DNA of 57,099 nt from Bacteroidales bacterium (GCA_023228725.1 JALOAQ010000001.1:1-57099); one strand, 5' to 3'; counted from the first letter of the stretch, positions 17,518-28,454 are shown. Numbers and translations: made by a program. The notes: generated by a model not told the origin, from the sequence alone.

Positions 17518-18315
17518 TTAAATAAAAAAATATTCTACTAAATCAGAATTGTATTCAACATTAAACAATTTGTTTGCGACATTTGTTATAGTCCCCTTAT
17601 TAGCGCTAGTATATATTTTTATGTTTTGTCTATTAGCTTCTTTTCTATAATTAGAATTAGTCATTAACAAATCTTTAGTTCTGCGTGCAACTGCCTCAGC
17701 TGAATCTATTATTTTTATTTTATTATTTGTAATTTTTTTAATTATTGGAGTAAAAAAAGGATAGTGTGTGCAACCTAAAACTATATGGTCAACATTATGC
17801 TCAATAAAAGGCTTTATATATTTTTTTAAAATATTTTCAACTTCCTCACCATCAAAAACACCATTTTCTGCTAATTCAACTAAACCTTTAGCCACTTGTA
17901 AATGAATGTTTACATAATTTTTGTATTTTTCGCTGGTTTCTATAAATAGCTGACCTCTAAAAGTTCCTTCTGTTGCTAAAACACCAATATTATTAGTTTT
18001 TGTATTTAAACATGCTGGTTTTACAGCTGGCTCTAGCCCCACAATTGGAATTTTGTATTTTTTTCTCATGTCTGAAACTACAGCTGCCGTTGCAGTATTA
18101 CATGCTATTACAATTAATTTACATTTTTTATTTATTAAGAATTTTATTATTTTATCAACTAAAATATAAATTTCATCAACAGACTTAGTTCCATAAGGAG
18201 CATTTTTGCTATCTGCATAATAAATAAAATCTTCATTAGGCAAACTTAGGCTAAGGACTTTTAAAACTGTGAGTCCTCCAATTCCGCTATCTAATACTCC
18301 TATTGGTAAATTCAT
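17518..18315 (-). CDS. murI: glutamate racemase
   Basis: GVLDSGIGGLTV, ACNTATA, GCTHYPF. Confidence 0.95.
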   Translation of the reverse strand: MNLPIGVLDSGIGGLTVLKVLSLSLPNEDFIYYADSKNAPYGTKSVDEIYILVDKIIKFLINKKCKLIVIACNTATAAVVSDMRKKYKIPIVGLEPAVKPACLNTKTNNIGVLATEGTFRGQLFIETSEKYKNYVNIHLQVAKGLVELAENGVFDGEEVENILKKYIKPFIEHNVDHIVLGCTHYPFFTPIIKKITNNKIKIIDSAEAVARRTKDLLMTNSNYRKEANRQNIKIYTSANKGTITNVANKLFNVEYNSDLVEYFFI

Positions 18316-18364
18316 GATAAAAAAAAACCCGACTTTAATCGGGATTAAAATTACAAAATTTTAT

Positions 18365-18865
18365 TTATTTAACTCCAAGTTTTATTTTCACATCATTAGT
18401 AATATCCACACTTTCTTCAGAAAAATACAAAAGAGTAGAAACCTCAAAAACATATAAAAGTGATTTTTCTGCTGCAACAGTTTTAATAGCTTCTTGAATT
18501 CTAGTATAAATAGGTTCTAATAATTCAAGTTCTTTATTTTGCATATCTTCTTGAGCTCTTACCTGAAATGCTTGCGTTCTTTGCTGAAGATTAACTATTT
18601 CTTCTTCTTTCATTTGAGCAATGGATGGCGAGTAGCTATCTTTATTAGCCATATAGTCGCTGTATTTAGTTTCTAATTCTTTAGATAGGCTTTGCAACTG
18701 GGTTTCTAAAGTTTTAGCATATTCTTCAACAGATTTTGTGGCTGCTTCTCTTTCTGGCATACTAGCAAAAATTTCGTTTGTGTCAACATGTCCGAATTTT
18801 AGTTTTTGAGCAAAACCTGATAGTGCCACTCCCAACACTACGCATAAAATAATAATTTTTTTCAT
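18365..18865 (-). CDS. OmpH/Skp-family periplasmic chaperone
   Basis: Signal peptide, coiled-coil Glu/Gln-rich ~165 aa protein downstream of bamA. Confidence 0.8.
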   Translation of the reverse strand: MKKIIILCVVLGVALSGFAQKLKFGHVDTNEIFASMPEREAATKSVEEYAKTLETQLQSLSKELETKYSDYMANKDSYSPSIAQMKEEEIVNLQQRTQAFQVRAQEDMQNKELELLEPIYTRIQEAIKTVAAEKSLLYVFEVSTLLYFSEESVDITNDVKIKLGVK

Positions 18866-18898
18866 ATTTATTTTTTAAAATTTTGGCAAATATAATAA

Positions 18899-19411
18899 TT
18901 AATTTTTATAACCTAACTTTTTTAATACATCATCGCTTTTATCATGCTTAGGGTCTGTGTATAACATATTTAAGCTGTTTGCAGTATCAAAAATAATTGC
19001 ATAAGAACCTTCTTGAGCTATTTCTTTTATTGCATTAAAAATATCGTCTTGAAGTGGTTTTATTAGCTCTTCGCGTTTTTTAAATAATAAACCATCTTTA
19101 CCAAAATATTTTTGTTGCTTATCTCTCATTTCTTTTTCTTTTTTCATAATTTCTTCTTCGCGTTTCATTCTAAGCTCTTCTGTTAGCAAAACTCTTTCCG
19201 ACTGATAATCTTTATACATTCTATCAATATTATCTTTCATTAAGTCAATTTCTTTTTTCCATTCTTCAGAAATTTCATCAAGCTGAGTTTTAGCAGATTC
19301 GTAAGTGGGAATATTGTTTAAAATATATTCAGTATCCACATAAGCAGTTTTTTGGGAAAAAACTAATCCCGAAAATATTGCGGCGATAAATAAAACAAAT
19401 AATTTTTTCAT
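18899..19411 (-). CDS. OmpH/Skp-family periplasmic chaperone
   Basis: Signal peptide, coiled-coil ~170 aa protein downstream of bamA. Confidence 0.8.
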   Translation of the reverse strand: MKKLFVLFIAAIFSGLVFSQKTAYVDTEYILNNIPTYESAKTQLDEISEEWKKEIDLMKDNIDRMYKDYQSERVLLTEELRMKREEEIMKKEKEMRDKQQKYFGKDGLLFKKREELIKPLQDDIFNAIKEIAQEGSYAIIFDTANSLNMLYTDPKHDKSDDVLKKLGYKN

Positions 19412-19472
19412 AGTTTAAAATTTTTAATATTTAGATAATTTAATAAATACAAATTGTGTTCCAAATTAAGTT

Positions 19473-22013
19473 TTAAAATTGTTGTCCTATCACAAAATGA
19501 AATTGCGAACCATTAGAGCCTGTTGAACCCGAAAGTTCGTCAAAACCATATCCCCAGTCAACTCCCAACATTCCAATCATAGGCATAAAAATTCTAACAC
19601 CAACTCCGGCTGAACGTTTTAAATCAAATGGATCAAAATTTTCTGAAGAATACCAGGCATTTCCTGCTTCAAGAAATCCAATCATATATAAAGTTGCAGT
19701 TGGTGCTAAAGACAAAGGATACCTAAGTTCTAAAGTAAATTTATCATATATATTCCCGCCATTATATGGAGTTAAGGAATTATTTAAATAACCTCTTAAA
19801 CCAATAGTTTCTAGTCCATATAAATTATATCCGTAAAGTCCGTCTCCTCCAACCTGAAAGCCTTCAAAAGGCGATGGACCAAGTTTTTTATTATACATTG
19901 CTAACATTCCAAACTCAAACTTCGACATTAAAACCAAGGCTCTGCTACTTCCATCGCGACTTCCTGCAAGAGTTGTAAACCATTGACCGGTAAATTTATA
20001 TTTATGGTATTCTATCCATTTATATCTTTCTTGGGCTGTCATACTTGCAGTATAATCTTTGCCATTAAATAAAGAATACGGAGGAGTAAGCTCTACAGAG
20101 ACAGAAAAGTTTGAACCTGTTGTTGGGAATATCGGGTTTGGTCCAGATGAGCTTCGTCCTAAAACTGTTTTAAAGCTAAAATTATTTGAACGCCCTGTTC
20201 TATAAAGCGTAAAACCTGGACTAGGATAATCTTTTAAATTATAATGTTTAAAAGAAAGTTCATTATAAAGCGTAAAATAATCGTCAGGAACACGTAGTCT
20301 TTGTCCTAAACCAAAACCTGCACCAGTAACTTTAAAAAAGTACATACTTGTATCTTGAAAACTAGGATTAGACATTAAGGAATGATAAACTGAAGTTGTA
20401 AATGAATTTGGTTTTTTGCCACCAAACCAAGGCTCTATAAATGTAAAAGAATAATTTTGATACCAAAGTCCAGAGGCTTGTACTCTAAGCGAAAGGCGTT
20501 GTCCGTCTCCACTTGGTAATGGGCGGTATGCTTTTGGATTAAAAGTATTTCGTAAAGAGAAATTATTAAAAGTTAATCCTAAAGTTCCCACAATAATTCC
20601 TGCCCCATATCCTCCCGAAAGTTCTATCTGGTCAGAGGGTTTTTCTTCTACAAGATATTCTAAATCAACAGTTCCACTTACTGGGTCGGGCTGAAAATCT
20701 ACATTTAGTTTTTCAGGGTCAAAATAACCAAGTTGAGCTAATTCCCTAATTGTTCTCTGAACTTCTGAACGCTTATATAAAGCACCAGGACGAGTTCTAA
20801 TTTCACGCATTACAACATGGTCGTTAGTCCTAGTGTTTCCTGTAATATTTACTCTATTTACTCTTGCTTGCTTGCCTTCATATACTCGCATTTCAATATC
20901 TATTGAGTCATTTTCAACCAAAACCTCAACTGGATTTATATTTGAGAAAAGATAACCGTTATCTTGATAAATCGACATAACTCCGTCAGGATCGTATAAT
21001 AATCTTTCGTTAAGATGTTTTTGGTTGTAAACATCTCCTTTTTTAATTCCAAGAATTCTGTCTAAAAGTTCTGAATTGTGCTTAGTGTTACCAATCCATG
21101 TGATATTTCTAAAATAATATTTTTTACCTTCGTCAATATTGACATTTACAGTTATTGTTCCCTTAGGATTTTTTATAATAGAATCCGAAGTAATTCTGGC
21201 ATCTCTATATCCCAACTCATTATATTTACTAATTATATTATTTTTGTCATCTTCGTATTTTTCGGGTATCATTTTAGAAGATTTAAAAACATTATACCAT
21301 GTTTTACGTTTGGTGTCTTTCATAGCTCTACGAAGTTTCCAATCTCCGCGTTTTTGGGCTGACAAATAAAAGTCATAAAACTTTTTTTCTTCACCAATAT
21401 TTTCACTGCCTATAAAATTTATATCTTCAATTTTTACCCTATTTGCCTTATTTATTTCAAAAATTAAAACTTTTGAATTTACTAAACTTGTATCTTCTTC
21501 TTGCTTTGTATTTACGCTAACATTTCTATATCCTTTATCTATAAAATAATCTTTTACTTTTTTCTCAGAAAATAAAATAGTGTTTTCGGTTATTTGTGTT
21601 CCTTTAATAAGTTTTATTAAATCTCTAATATCATCGGCTTCTCCTTTTTTAATGCCTGTAAAAGAGAATTTCGACAACCTCGGTCTTTCTTCTAAATAAA
21701 TATCTAAAAACACTACATTATTAACAAGTCTAGTCATGCTGATTTTTACATCAGAAAATAATCCTTGCTCCCATAAAATTTTAATTGCTTTAGTAATATC
21801 ATCACCGGGTATTGTAATTTTATTTCCAATTTCAAGGCCGGTAAGATATAATAAAACATTATGGTCTAAATATTGTATTCCCGAAATTGTTAGGCCACCA
21901 ATTTCATATTCTTTTGGATTTGAATAATCAATAACATTAAGGTTTGTGCTATGCTGTGCATTTGAATAAATACTAATAAAGGAGAATAATATTATTTGTA
22001 ATAGTTTTTTCAT
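19473..22013 (-). CDS. bamA: outer membrane protein assembly factor BamA
   Basis: 846 aa with a signal peptide, POTRA repeats (I.GN......V..R) and a C-terminal barrel ending ...FHFVIGQQF. Sits in the conserved uppS-bamA-ompH context. Confidence 0.95.
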   Translation of the reverse strand: MKKLLQIILFSFISIYSNAQHSTNLNVIDYSNPKEYEIGGLTISGIQYLDHNVLLYLTGLEIGNKITIPGDDITKAIKILWEQGLFSDVKISMTRLVNNVVFLDIYLEERPRLSKFSFTGIKKGEADDIRDLIKLIKGTQITENTILFSEKKVKDYFIDKGYRNVSVNTKQEEDTSLVNSKVLIFEINKANRVKIEDINFIGSENIGEEKKFYDFYLSAQKRGDWKLRRAMKDTKRKTWYNVFKSSKMIPEKYEDDKNNIISKYNELGYRDARITSDSIIKNPKGTITVNVNIDEGKKYYFRNITWIGNTKHNSELLDRILGIKKGDVYNQKHLNERLLYDPDGVMSIYQDNGYLFSNINPVEVLVENDSIDIEMRVYEGKQARVNRVNITGNTRTNDHVVMREIRTRPGALYKRSEVQRTIRELAQLGYFDPEKLNVDFQPDPVSGTVDLEYLVEEKPSDQIELSGGYGAGIIVGTLGLTFNNFSLRNTFNPKAYRPLPSGDGQRLSLRVQASGLWYQNYSFTFIEPWFGGKKPNSFTTSVYHSLMSNPSFQDTSMYFFKVTGAGFGLGQRLRVPDDYFTLYNELSFKHYNLKDYPSPGFTLYRTGRSNNFSFKTVLGRSSSGPNPIFPTTGSNFSVSVELTPPYSLFNGKDYTASMTAQERYKWIEYHKYKFTGQWFTTLAGSRDGSSRALVLMSKFEFGMLAMYNKKLGPSPFEGFQVGGDGLYGYNLYGLETIGLRGYLNNSLTPYNGGNIYDKFTLELRYPLSLAPTATLYMIGFLEAGNAWYSSENFDPFDLKRSAGVGVRIFMPMIGMLGVDWGYGFDELSGSTGSNGSQFHFVIGQQF

Positions 22014-22017
22014 TTTT

Positions 22018-22758
22018 TTAAGTTAATTGTTCACTGATTTTTCCAAAACGTCTTTCTCTATTTTGATAATTTATTATAGCCTTATAAAATTCCTCTTTTG
22101 AAAAATCAGGCCAAAATCTTGGTGTAAAATATAATTCAGAATATGCTAACTGATAAAGTAAAAAATTGCTAATTCTTTCTTCACCGCTAGTTCTTATTAA
22201 AAGTTCAGGGTCGGGAATATCATTTGTTGATAAATATGATTTAAAAGTATTTTCATCAATTTTTTCAGGGTCTAATATATTTGCTTTACAATCTTGAGCA
22301 ATATTTTTACAAGCATTTATTATATCCCATCTTCCGCTATAATTAAGTGCAACAACAAAATTTAATGCGTCATTATTTTTTGTTTCTTCTACTGCTAATT
22401 TAAGCTTTTTTTGGACAAATGTATCTAATTTAGAAATATCACCAATTACAGAAATCTTAATATTATTATTTTTTATTTCTTTAAGTTCTTTGTCAATTGT
22501 TCCAACTAAAAGATCCATCAATCCAAGAATTTCTGATTTTGGTCTATTCCAGTTTTCTGTAGAAAAAGCGTAAACAGTTAAAAATTTTATTCCAAGTTCG
22601 CTACAAACTTCTATGCTAGATTTTACCGAATTAGCACCGGCTTGATGCCCTTTTAATCTAGCTTTTCCTTTAGCTTTTGCCCACCTGCCGTTGCCGTCCA
22701 TTATTATTGCAACGTGTTTTGGAATTTTATTTTTATCTATTTCGTTTATTAAGGACAT
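22018..22758 (-). CDS. uppS: isoprenyl transferase (undecaprenyl-diphosphate synthase)
   Basis: HVAIIMDGNGRWA, and RTSGEERISNFLLYQLAYSELYF. Confidence 0.95.
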   Translation of the reverse strand: MSLINEIDKNKIPKHVAIIMDGNGRWAKAKGKARLKGHQAGANSVKSSIEVCSELGIKFLTVYAFSTENWNRPKSEILGLMDLLVGTIDKELKEIKNNNIKISVIGDISKLDTFVQKKLKLAVEETKNNDALNFVVALNYSGRWDIINACKNIAQDCKANILDPEKIDENTFKSYLSTNDIPDPELLIRTSGEERISNFLLYQLAYSELYFTPRFWPDFSKEEFYKAIINYQNRERRFGKISEQLT

Positions 22759-22768
22759 TTATTTAATT

Positions 22769-23485
22769 TTATTCGTAATAAGCAGGACAACCTAATCCTC
22801 CTAATTTAAAAGTGTAAGAAACTGTTAAATTTGCAAAAGAATACCAATCTTTTGTGTATAAAAAACCTGTTTGTTTGTGTCTGTTTGCTTCGTTTATATT
22901 AATTCCATAAGCAGAGTCGTAATTTTTTAAATCTTCTCCTATTAAATTATCTAAACCGTCCGAAAAAGTTCGTCTAAATGTCCACTCTATTCCAACAACT
23001 AACCGAGGTCTAATGTTTTTTTTAACTCCCATTCCTATTGGGACAGCCATATTTAAAGCTTGGGTCGAAGATGCTAAATAAACTGCAAGTCCAGTGTGAA
23101 TATATGGAGTAAAACTTTTCTTTTTTATGTCTCCAATTTCGTAAGGCAAAAAAGTAACTTCAAACATAGAAGCAATTTCTACTAAATTTGTTTCAAAACT
23201 GTGGTCTCTTTGTTGTTGAAAAGCATTCTTAAAATCTATATCTGCAGCCGATAGTTTGGTAGCAATTCCACTTAGTCTAACTGCTATTCGCGGGTTTATA
23301 TGATATTTCATAAAAAGTCCAAGATTTAAGTGTGGGGAATAAAAATGTTTGTGCATATTAATATCACCCATATAATATGAGCCACCAGCAGTTGGACCAA
23401 TTTCAAAACCTTTTTGAGCTATACTTTTTGTTGGTAAAAATAATAATGCAATAATAAAAAATAATAATGCAATACTTTTCTGCAT
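22769..23485 (-). CDS. outer-membrane beta-barrel protein (DUF6089-like)
   Basis: Signal peptide MQKSIALLFFIIALLFLPTKSIAQ and barrel-like alternation. Occupies the conserved position upstream of uppS. An upstream ATG at 23530 is also possible. Confidence 0.55.
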   Translation of the reverse strand: MQKSIALLFFIIALLFLPTKSIAQKGFEIGPTAGGSYYMGDINMHKHFYSPHLNLGLFMKYHINPRIAVRLSGIATKLSAADIDFKNAFQQQRDHSFETNLVEIASMFEVTFLPYEIGDIKKKSFTPYIHTGLAVYLASSTQALNMAVPIGMGVKKNIRPRLVVGIEWTFRRTFSDGLDNLIGEDLKNYDSAYGININEANRHKQTGFLYTKDWYSFANLTVSYTFKLGGLGCPAYYE

Positions 23486-23572
23486 TATTATTAAAATATT
23501 TTTAATTAATATGTTTTTTCTGCCCCGCATTCTTCTATCAACGAAAACTTAGTTAAAATATTTTATCAGATA

Positions 23573-24466
23573 CTAAAATTTAGGCATTCCTGGTAATCCT
23601 GGTCTTAGTTTATAAGTAAGTTTTACTGTTAAATACATATATGCGTCATTGTAATTAGTTTGCCCACGTTGTTGACCTGGACCTGTACCTCTCCAACTTG
23701 GGTTTGCTGTTCCACTACTAAAATAAGCAGCAATTGGGTCTGTAAAAATTTCGGGGTCAACATAAGTACTACTAACGTCATCAATATAATCTGTAAAATA
23801 ATATTTCACAGCATATTCTGCACCTATACCAAAATTTCTATCTATCATATAATTTATACCAATACCTAATGGAATTCCGAAAGCTATTCTTGAATATTTT
23901 TCACGAGTTGGAATAATTCCTTGTCCTTCTGTTCCTAGAGGTTGTAAAGCATACCATTTTCCATCTGTATATTGCCCTTTTGGATTAAAATACATTCCTG
24001 AAATTCCTGTAAATATATATAAATTAGGAATATTACCTGCTCCTTTAACCCTTTTCAAATCGTATCTGTGTCCATATTTTTCTTTCATTATAGAAAATTG
24101 AATGTTTGCAGATAAGTCAACAAATGGAGATCTAAAACTAATGTTTCTGTTGTATCTATTTTCTTCTCCCGACAACTCATCGCTACCATAAAGCCTTCCA
24201 TATATTAGATTTGTTGAAATTGCCCAAGATTCAGATAATTTATAACTATAACCAGCTTGAAACTGCCACCTTGAAGAATAAAAATCAAAGTCTTTTACAA
24301 AATGAGAACCAACAGTTTTAGAGCCTCCTAATTCGCCTAAAAAATTGTTAGTCCCTCCACCAATTGATACCTCGTGACGTATTTTTCTCCAGTGAACATT
24401 GTATTGTGCTAATACAAAACTTCCTGATATTATAAATATTAACAAAAAAGTAATTAATCTTTTCAT
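23573..24466 (-). CDS. outer-membrane beta-barrel protein (DUF6089-like)
   Basis: Signal peptide, Gly/aromatic-rich strands. Paralogous context with the neighbouring gene. Confidence 0.55.
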   Translation of the reverse strand: MKRLITFLLIFIISGSFVLAQYNVHWRKIRHEVSIGGGTNNFLGELGGSKTVGSHFVKDFDFYSSRWQFQAGYSYKLSESWAISTNLIYGRLYGSDELSGEENRYNRNISFRSPFVDLSANIQFSIMKEKYGHRYDLKRVKGAGNIPNLYIFTGISGMYFNPKGQYTDGKWYALQPLGTEGQGIIPTREKYSRIAFGIPLGIGINYMIDRNFGIGAEYAVKYYFTDYIDDVSSTYVDPEIFTDPIAAYFSSGTANPSWRGTGPGQQRGQTNYNDAYMYLTVKLTYKLRPGLPGMPKF

Positions 24467-24513
24467 CTTTTTAATTTTAAAAAAAACAATATAACCTTCT
24501 GATTTTCAGAGGA

Positions 24514-25395
24514 TTAGTTTCTTATGTCCCTGCCCCACATTAGTTTCTCCCTCAAAGTGCTAAAATAAGTATTTTCAAACAAATTAACAAAATTAATATA
24601 AAAATTTGCACGTTTTATTAAAATTTCTTTAAAATTATCTATGCCATACGCCCTATGATCAAGTGATGCCAAGACTTTACCCTCTTGCGAATCAACAGAA
24701 ATTTTTATTTCAGAATTTGCAGAAATAACCAATGGTCTAACCGTTAAATTATGATTTGCTATTGGAGTTATCACAAAAACATTGGATTGAGGAGCAACAA
24801 TTGGTCCTCCACAACTCATAGAATAAGCTGTTGAACCTGTTGGAGTAGAAACAATTAAACCATCTGACCAATACGTGTTTATAAAGTTGCCATCTGAATA
24901 TACTTTGGTTTTTATCATACTTAATCTTGATTTTTTTTGTATCACAAAATCATTTAAACAAAAGTCTTTACTACCATAAAATTTATTATCGGCTTCAATT
25001 TGTATAAGCATTCGCTTTTCAAGACAGTATTTTTTTTCAAAAATTAAATTTAAAGCTGCTAAAAAACTATTTGAACTCACATAAGATAAAAAACCTAATT
25101 TCCCTGTATTAATTCCTAATATTGGAATTTCTAAATTACCTACTAAACTTGCTGCTTCCAAAAAAGTGCCATCTCCACCAATGCTAAAAACAAAATCAAA
25201 TTTTATATCTTCGGGCAAAGCATTTTTATAAACTCCTTTTACTTTTGGTTTATAAAGAACTTTTTTTGAAATAAAATCTAAAAATTTATTATTTATATAA
25301 ATATTAATATCGCGTTTTATTAACTCTTCAAATAGCTGAATTGCCATACCGTTAAAACTGTTTCCAAAATTTCGTCCAAATATCGCTATGTTCAT
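24514..25395 (-). CDS. nadK: NAD(+) kinase
   Basis: IGGDGTFL, TPTGSTAYS.S.GGPI. Confidence 0.9.
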   Translation of the reverse strand: MNIAIFGRNFGNSFNGMAIQLFEELIKRDINIYINNKFLDFISKKVLYKPKVKGVYKNALPEDIKFDFVFSIGGDGTFLEAASLVGNLEIPILGINTGKLGFLSYVSSNSFLAALNLIFEKKYCLEKRMLIQIEADNKFYGSKDFCLNDFVIQKKSRLSMIKTKVYSDGNFINTYWSDGLIVSTPTGSTAYSMSCGGPIVAPQSNVFVITPIANHNLTVRPLVISANSEIKISVDSQEGKVLASLDHRAYGIDNFKEILIKRANFYINFVNLFENTYFSTLREKLMWGRDIRN

Positions 25396-26781
25396 CTAAT
25401 ATAATTTTATAAGTGGCGTTTGATAATTTACAAATATACCTATTTTTGAGAAATTTGGAATATAAGTTAAATTTATTTGCAATAATCTTTCATAATATGT
25501 CTCAATCGAAAGGCCTAAGCCAAAAGTATAATTTATTTTTTTGTTAAATTCATTGTTCGCATTAAAAACATTGTTATATCCATCTGTGTAAATTAAATCA
25601 CCAAATGCTTCCAAATAAATTTTTGTATATGCTTTTTTAAATTCCTTTGGCAGAAAGTTTGGCAAATTATGTATTTTAGTTTTACTTAGCAAAAAAGACA
25701 AAGTATTTTGAGTTTTCACCGAATTATTACCTATAAAATAATAATATTCATAACCTCTAATCCAAAAATCTTTACCAAATTCCAATTGAGCTTGAAAATA
25801 TGGGTTTTGCGAGTTTTTTTCTTTATAATATTTATAAGAATTTGAAGTGTGAATTGCAAAACGTGAATTATCTATTGTCTTATGAGCCTGAAAATCAAGA
25901 TTGTATCCAACAAATGAAGTAAAGCAATTATTCAAATTATACCAATATCCTAAATTTGTATTTATTAAAAAACCATTGTTTGCATACACTTTATTATTGC
26001 GACTATCAAAATTATAATAAATAAGCGGATTAAAATAATCTGAAATAATTTTTTGCTCTAATACTTCTGTTGTATTAATGTTTTCTTGCAAATAGTGCTT
26101 GTAGGCCATTCCTAAACCTACTTGATTGTTTATGTTTATTCTAAAAGAATATATGAAATAGGAATTAAAATTTAAAAAATCAGCAAATTCGTAAACTGCT
26201 TTATTATCAAGAATTTTAGAAACAATATTTTTTTGAATAAATGTTTCTGCACTTATTTTTAAGCCATGGTTTTGTGTTTTTTCAAAATTCTGCAAAAATA
26301 ATGATAGTGAGTAGTGTTGCCTAAATCCTCCTCTAAGTTTTATCCTAAAAAAATTATTTTCCCCTTTTATATTATGTAATTCAACAACAGCTCCATAGTT
26401 TATCCGACTTAAATCTTTATCTATAATAAAACTCGATAAGTTTCTGCTTCCATGTTCAAAAATCGGATAAAACCAAAAATACCACCTTTCTTCAAGATTT
26501 ATTTCTATAAATACAAGGTCTTGATAAATTTCATAAGTTAAATTTACATAATTAAATAAACTTGTTCTTAAAAGATTTTGCTCTGAATTTTCAATTAGTT
26601 TTTCAAGTTTTGAATATTCAATACTATCTTTTTCACTAAACTCAAGTTCTTTTAAAATTACTTCTTTTTTAGTTTTATTATTTCCTTTTACAGAAATTTC
26701 TGAAATTATATAATTTTGACTTTGTGCTGATTTAGATAAAACAAAGACAATTAAAGCAAATATTATTAAACAATTTCTCAA
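25396..26781 (-). CDS. POTRA-domain beta-barrel protein (BamA/surface-antigen-like paralogue)
   Basis: Signal peptide, one POTRA-like unit (ISEISVKGNNKTKKEVILKEL), then a long aromatic-rich barrel. Apparent TTG start overlaps the CBS-gene stop. Confidence 0.55.
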   Translation of the reverse strand: MRNCLIIFALIVFVLSKSAQSQNYIISEISVKGNNKTKKEVILKELEFSEKDSIEYSKLEKLIENSEQNLLRTSLFNYVNLTYEIYQDLVFIEINLEERWYFWFYPIFEHGSRNLSSFIIDKDLSRINYGAVVELHNIKGENNFFRIKLRGGFRQHYSLSLFLQNFEKTQNHGLKISAETFIQKNIVSKILDNKAVYEFADFLNFNSYFIYSFRININNQVGLGMAYKHYLQENINTTEVLEQKIISDYFNPLIYYNFDSRNNKVYANNGFLINTNLGYWYNLNNCFTSFVGYNLDFQAHKTIDNSRFAIHTSNSYKYYKEKNSQNPYFQAQLEFGKDFWIRGYEYYYFIGNNSVKTQNTLSFLLSKTKIHNLPNFLPKEFKKAYTKIYLEAFGDLIYTDGYNNVFNANNEFNKKINYTFGLGLSIETYYERLLQINLTYIPNFSKIGIFVNYQTPLIKLY

Positions 26782-27443
26782 ATGTCAAGATAATTTAAAA
26801 AGGAATCAAGTCTATCTTGATAAAAAACTTTTAGTATGTCTTCGCTCAAAAACGAGGCTTTTATTTTATAATCATATCTTTCAAAAGTTTGAATTACAGA
26901 AGCCATATCGGTTACATCAAGTTTTATCGTTATACTTATTCCTGTGCTTGCTTCTTGGGTGTTTACAAATAAAGAAAGAATTTTCGCATTATTTGACTCT
27001 ACAATTTGCGAAATTTCAGACAAAGAATAGTCGTGAATTGTCATTTCTAAAATAATAATTCCTCCGGCTTTATCAACGCTAATCATTTTAGCAAACTCAT
27101 TAACCATATTGTGCAGAGTGATACTTCCTAAATATTTTTTGTTTACATCTAAAACAGGAACAATAGTAAGTTTAAGTTTTGCAAATAAGTCAACAATTTC
27201 GTAAATATGCTGATTTTCATAAATATATGGTCTAATTAGCGATAAATTATGTGTTCCTAAAGCAGAATCTAAATCATTATTATTATATATGTCCGAATCA
27301 GAGATTAATCCTAAAAACTCTTCATTATTTACAATTGGCAAATGTGATATTCTATAGGTTTCCATCCAAGCAATTGCCTCGCTTCCTGTATTAGAAGTCT
27401 TTAAAACGGGAATAGTTTCAGAAATTAAATTTTGAGCAAGCAT
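26778..27443 (-). CDS. CBS-domain protein
   Basis: Tandem CBS pattern (HLPIV...FLGLISDSDI; IVPVLD..KKYLGSIT). Start set at the ATG for MLAQNLI because the TTG of the longer ORF lies inside the -7 box. Confidence 0.75.
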   Translation of the reverse strand: MLAQNLISETIPVLKTSNTGSEAIAWMETYRISHLPIVNNEEFLGLISDSDIYNNNDLDSALGTHNLSLIRPYIYENQHIYEIVDLFAKLKLTIVPVLDVNKKYLGSITLHNMVNEFAKMISVDKAGGIIILEMTIHDYSLSEISQIVESNNAKILSLFVNTQEASTGISITIKLDVTDMASVIQTFERYDYKIKASFLSEDILKVFYQDRLDSFLNYLDI

Positions 27444-27470
27444 AAATATGTTTTTAGATATTTTATAATG

Positions 27471-27478
27471 CAAACTTA
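27471..27478 (-). promoter_or_regulatory. -7 promoter box (TAAGTTTG) for the CBS-to-murI gene string
   Basis: Reverse complement matches TAnnTTTG, 27 nt upstream of the ATG at 27443. Confidence 0.45.
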
Positions 27479-27483
27479 ATTAA

Positions 27484-27491
27484 TATATTTG
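27484..27491 (+). promoter_or_regulatory. -7 promoter box (TATATTTG) for pdxJ, back-to-back with the divergent box
   Basis: Matches TAnnTTTG, 74 nt upstream of the pdxJ ATG and 5 bp from the divergent box. Confidence 0.4.
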
Positions 27492-27565
27492 TATCATAAA
27501 AATAGAATAATAAAAACTTAAAAAATGAGTTTTAATACTGTCTAATATTTTCAAAAATTAAAATT

Positions 27566-28279
27566 ATGACAAAATTAAGTGTAAATATTAATAAAATTGC
27601 AACAATAAGAAATGCACGTGGTGGTAATTTACCTGATGTAAAACTTGCTGCTATAAAATGTGAAATGTTTGGAGCAGAAGGAATAACCGTTCACCCTCGT
27701 CCTGATGAGCGACATATTAAGTATCAAGATGTTTATGATATTAGACCTATAATAAAAACAGAATTTAATATAGAGGGTTATCCAAGCAAAGAATTTATAG
27801 ATTTAGTAAAAAAAGTAAAACCTCATCAAGTAACTTTAGTACCTGACCCACCTGATGTTTTGACTTCAAATGCCGGTTGGGATACAGTTAAGCACAAAGA
27901 TTTTTTATTTGAAGTTATTTCTGAATTTAAAAATGAGAAAATTAGGACTTCTATTTTTGTAGATACTGAATTTAAAAATATTGAAGGAGCAATTTTAACA
28001 GGTTGCGACAGAGTAGAATTATATACAGAACCATATGCCACAGATTTTGAGAAAAATAAAGAAAAAGCAGTTGCACCTTTTGTTAAAGCAGCCGAATTAG
28101 CTCTAAAACTTGGCTTAAAGATTAACGCCGGGCATGATTTGAATTTACAAAATTTAAAATATTTTGTTCAAAATGTAAAAGGAGTTTCAGAAGTTTCTAT
28201 AGGGCATGCTCTTATTTCAGATGCTCTTTATTTTGGTTTAGATAATACAATAAAATTATATTTAAGAGAACTAAAATAA
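27566..28279 (+). CDS. pdxJ: pyridoxine 5'-phosphate synthase
   Basis: [30 protein letters not shown]. Confidence 0.95.
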   Translation: MTKLSVNINKIATIRNARGGNLPDVKLAAIKCEMFGAEGITVHPRPDERHIKYQDVYDIRPIIKTEFNIEGYPSKEFIDLVKKVKPHQVTLVPDPPDVLTSNAGWDTVKHKDFLFEVISEFKNEKIRTSIFVDTEFKNIEGAILTGCDRVELYTEPYATDFEKNKEKAVAPFVKAAELALKLGLKINAGHDLNLQNLKYFVQNVKGVSEVSIGHALISDALYFGLDNTIKLYLRELK

Positions 28280-28454
28280 AAGAGGCTATGTCAAAACAAG
28301 GTTTAAAACAATAAACTTTCAAGCTTTTTCAGAAGTGTTAAAATGTAAGGCTCTGAACTTGAGGACTAAGGAGCTTACAGAGGTAGCTGACTGAGTCCGA
28401 ATATTGAAAGAAGCAGTTTGACACTTATGAGACAACGCCTTCTAATTCCAATTT

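Noticed and set aside
28280-28454. GC-richer 175-bp gap between convergent pdxJ and hppA, with hairpin 28344-28379 and a faint resemblance to the SRP RNA domain IV motif (gagtccgaa...gaagcag)
   Set aside because: The resemblance is only a few bases. No full SRP fold could be drawn. The hairpin is most simply a terminator or spacer between convergent genes.
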